IMG/VR virus record: IMGVR_UViG_3300011815_000001
Origin: an uncultured virus (IMG/VR IMGVR_UViG_3300011815_000001)
Lineage: Duplodnaviria > Heunggongvirae > Uroviricota > Caudoviricetes
DNA length: 64,000 nt
Direction: 5' to 3' (one strand)
This document shows positions 61,339-64,000 of the stretch, piece by piece. Below the pieces are notes generated by a model that did not search any database, was not told the origin of the DNA, and worked only from the letters and a program-made list of their open reading frames with translations. Both the position numbers and the translations under genes were made by a program. Numbering within the stretch: position 1 is the stretch's first letter; each line of letters starts with the position of its first letter.

Positions 61339-62442
61339 ATGATTAACGTCACAAATGGGAATATAGAAATTTCAAATGTAACAGCAGTAGAACAATTTGG
61401 GGAGATACAATATTACACTACACTAGTTAGTATTGAAGAATTGTCTGAGATTCGTGAACGTATTACATATGATGGGGATGCACAACGAGGGGAAGTTGAT
61501 GGTAAACCATTAATTGACCAAAAACATGTAAATCAAATATATGATGCTTTTATGAATGGAGATAGTATTAGAGGACATTTAACTTGGAATTTACGTAAAG
61601 AAAATGGTGAAAACAAGTTTGACTATTTCTCTGATACAAACAAGCTAATCATCAGTGGCGAACAGTTAATCACTATCCCAGACTCAGCCCATCGACATGA
61701 AGCATTAAAATTAGTTGCCGATACAGTGGATGATGAATCAATTTTAGAATCAAAGTTTGCAGTAGATATTTACACAATCTCTAAAACAGAAGAAAAGGAG
61801 TTATTCTACACTATTAACGGTAAAGTTAAAGCTCCAAATAAGAATCGTACACTATACTTATCAAATGATATTGAATGTCGATTATTACGAGATGTAATTG
61901 CTCAGTCTGATTTAGACGGACGTATTGAATGTGTTCGAAACAATGCCTATAAAGATGGAAAATTAACTAAATTTTCTACACTGTATGAATCACTTTTTGG
62001 GTCAAGCACAGGAGCTTTTGATAAGAAATTAATTATAGAAGACACATATGATGAATATTTGAAGTATTTCATTGAGTTCTATAACAAGCTACTATCAACA
62101 CGAGAAGAGTTTGGATATTTAAACAAAGAACAAAAAGATGAATCTAAACAAAATAGTATGGTTTTAGAAGAATTATCATGGTGGGGCTATGCTTACTTAG
62201 CCAAAGAATTAATGAATGATCGTAAATGGGCGCATAACTTACACACTAAAATGAATAAGTTTATTTCTATTGAAGGTGGTAAGTCATTACACTACTTAGA
62301 TAAAAAGTTACCAATTTGGCACGCAACAGTGATTAAACCTAAGTATAATTTCATTACTAATACTCAAGAAGTCGGTTCAAGTGTAACAAACAGTAATTCA
62401 ACAAGAAATTCACTTAAAAAGATTTTTGCTGTGACACTATAA
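61339..62442 (+). CDS. DGQHR/DndB-like ParB-superfamily protein
   Basis: DAQRG, HVNQIY, LTWNLR, IPDSAHRHEAL and ELFYTIN motifs. Confidence 0.75.
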   Translation: MINVTNGNIEISNVTAVEQFGEIQYYTTLVSIEELSEIRERITYDGDAQRGEVDGKPLIDQKHVNQIYDAFMNGDSIRGHLTWNLRKENGENKFDYFSDTNKLIISGEQLITIPDSAHRHEALKLVADTVDDESILESKFAVDIYTISKTEEKELFYTINGKVKAPNKNRTLYLSNDIECRLLRDVIAQSDLDGRIECVRNNAYKDGKLTKFSTLYESLFGSSTGAFDKKLIIEDTYDEYLKYFIEFYNKLLSTREEFGYLNKEQKDESKQNSMVLEELSWWGYAYLAKELMNDRKWAHNLHTKMNKFISIEGGKSLHYLDKKLPIWHATVIKPKYNFITNTQEVGSSVTNSNSTRNSLKKIFAVTL

Positions 62443-62501
62443 GGATTAACTCATATGAGTTAATACAAATAATATTACATAATAAAAGGGGAGTAATAAT
62501 T

Positions 62502-63074
62502 ATGGAGAAATTTAAAATTATTAACAAGTGTACAGGTATTGTTTTTAAAATAGGGGAGCGCACACTATTAAAGGGAGATTATTTATCTAAAGTCACAGAT
62601 ATTCTTTTGGATGTTGGATCAACTACTACATATTTAACAATGACATTCAGCAATAAAGAGAAGCATTGGATTAGTACAGTGGTATTAGAGAATTGGTCAC
62701 TTAAGGAATTAGTGGAACTAACGTCCGAATTAGTTAAGTTGAGTTCTTGTGAAAGATTAATAATCGATAGCAATGGGATGGGAAGAGGTGTTATTGATGG
62801 ATTGACACCAATTTTAGAACAAATAAACAAATCATATCTACTGGTAACTTCAACACAAAAGAGACAAACAGATGAAGTGCTACCTCATAGTATTTATTCC
62901 TATTTAAATAAAGCGATAATTGAGAACGAAAAATCTCTAAAGGAATACATTGTGGACAAAGATTTTGATAATAAAATCTATAAGGAGTGTGTTGCAGTTT
63001 CTATTATACTACATGAAGCCAAGCTTAAACTTTTAAAACGTGACTACGGATTTGTTGGTGAAAGTTACGAATAA
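62502..63074 (+). CDS. Protein with a terminase-nuclease-like RNase H fragment
   Basis: LLDVG and LIIDSNGMGRGVIDGL motifs; no ATPase domain. Confidence 0.45.
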   Translation: MEKFKIINKCTGIVFKIGERTLLKGDYLSKVTDILLDVGSTTTYLTMTFSNKEKHWISTVVLENWSLKELVELTSELVKLSSCERLIIDSNGMGRGVIDGLTPILEQINKSYLLVTSTQKRQTDEVLPHSIYSYLNKAIIENEKSLKEYIVDKDFDNKIYKECVAVSIILHEAKLKLLKRDYGFVGESYE

Positions 63075-63626
63075 AGTAAACTATTTAAGTGATATATGCT
63101 CATAAGAGTTTATATAAACAATACAAAAAAGGGAGATATATTATTATGACTATTAAAATTAGAAGTTTGTATTTACAGAAAGATAAAATTACCTCAACTA
63201 CACATACTCAGTTTGAAAGTATTAACAATGTTGTGAAGTTAGATGGTGAATTAAAGGTTAATATGTCAGAAGGCATTGTTAAAGGAGATGGAGAAGTTCA
63301 CGTAACAAAGATTTCTAAAAAACTACAAGATAAGCTATATAGTGTTTTAAGTGAAATTGAAGACGAGCTAAATGGCACAAAAGAGATGTTTACGAGTGCA
63401 GGAGAAGATACTGGGCGACCAGAAGTTAAAGAAAAAGAAGTTGAAAAAGATGAAAAAGATGAGCTTGAACAATTTGAAAATATGCTTGGAAACATTGTTA
63501 AAACCTTTGGTTCAACTATCAATGTAGGTGTCAAAACTAAGTTAACCTCACAGGAAATCTCAGGTATTCTAAAAGAATTAAAAACTAAAGGATTTAATCT
63601 TTTATAAGAATAATACATAAATATAA

Positions 63627-63684
63627 CATCTATATATAGTGTTTAATTCTGTATTTTAGATAATAACAACACTATATATAGATT
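63627..63684. promoter_or_regulatory. Tandem NrdR-like boxes (42 bp apart)
   Basis: CATCTATATATAGTGT and ACACTATATATAGATT. Confidence 0.6.
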
Positions 63685-63747
63685 GAAATTCCAATAAAAC
63701 ATTCGTTTGAATGGGAAATAAATATACACATAAAAGGAGAATGAAAA

Positions 63748-64000
63748 ATGACAAAACTTAAAGAACAAGTACTAGAGGTATTCAATAGAACAGATGCAGA
63801 TTCAGTACCGTATTACTCAACTATTGGAAAAAATACGATCTCAGAATTAAACTCAACGATTACTGAATTGTTACCGTTAGGTATCATTCCTCAAATTATA
63901 GAAGTGAGCAATGAAACGTTGGAGTTAAAGTTTGTAAAAGTAGATGGAGAGTTGTCTGTTCTAGTAGAAGACATCGAAAACAAAATGAATAATTTACGTG
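63748..64000 (+). CDS. Partial hypothetical protein, paralog of the N-terminus of 60855-61277
   Basis: MTKLKEQVLEVF...SELN...LGIIPQIIEVSNETLELKFV versus MTTLKVKILKSF...NELN...LGIYPRIKEVNNETLNLEFV. Confidence 0.7.
   Translation, partial: MTKLKEQVLEVFNRTDADSVPYYSTIGKNTISELNSTITELLPLGIIPQIIEVSNETLELKFVKVDGELSVLVEDIENKMNNLR

Noticed and set aside
61339..62442. Dnd phosphorothioation system
   Set aside because: Only a DndB-like domain; no dndA/C/D/E in the window
62502..63074. Terminase large subunit or packaging module
   Set aside because: Short, lacks the ATPase domain, and no structural genes nearby

Overview
AT-rich 64 kb segment of a large SPbeta-like temperate phage or prophage of a Bacillales host; the captured yneF and trxB genes look Lysinibacillus/Caryophanaceae-like, which is an inference. 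It covers the early/accessory region: well over 100 mostly small, co-oriented + strand ORFs. Recognisable cargo includes a DUF262 protein, an RlaP-type nucleotidyltransferase, a metallophosphoesterase, an orphan DNA methyltransferase, DUF1385, a Prs-like plus Nampt-like pair (NARP1-type NAD reconstitution), PTH2, a SLOG protein, RNase H, a zinc-ribbon homing-endonuclease-like protein, TrxB and a DndB-like protein. A central yopP/yopQ/yopR-like module (tyrosine recombinase, ParB/DndB-like protein, integrase-fold repressor) has an upstream LexA-boxed gene and no arbitrium genes beside it. The most striking feature is about 55 copies (counted by eye) of a pseudo-palindromic site, ATMAAA-N6-TTTKAW (extended TCCCAATAAAA-N6-TTTTATTGGGA). 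The copies sit at gene boundaries, often supply the upstream stop codon, and divide the region into modules of one to a few genes. Some have accessory motifs at fixed distances (a 22-bp palindrome, tandem NrdR-like boxes). Together with dispersed paralogous genes, an inverted host yneF unit bracketed by two sites and an ORF-less module, this suggests an integron/pdif-like gene-cassette system carried by a phage. That is a hypothesis; the main alternative is a dispersed operator or nucleoid-binding site.
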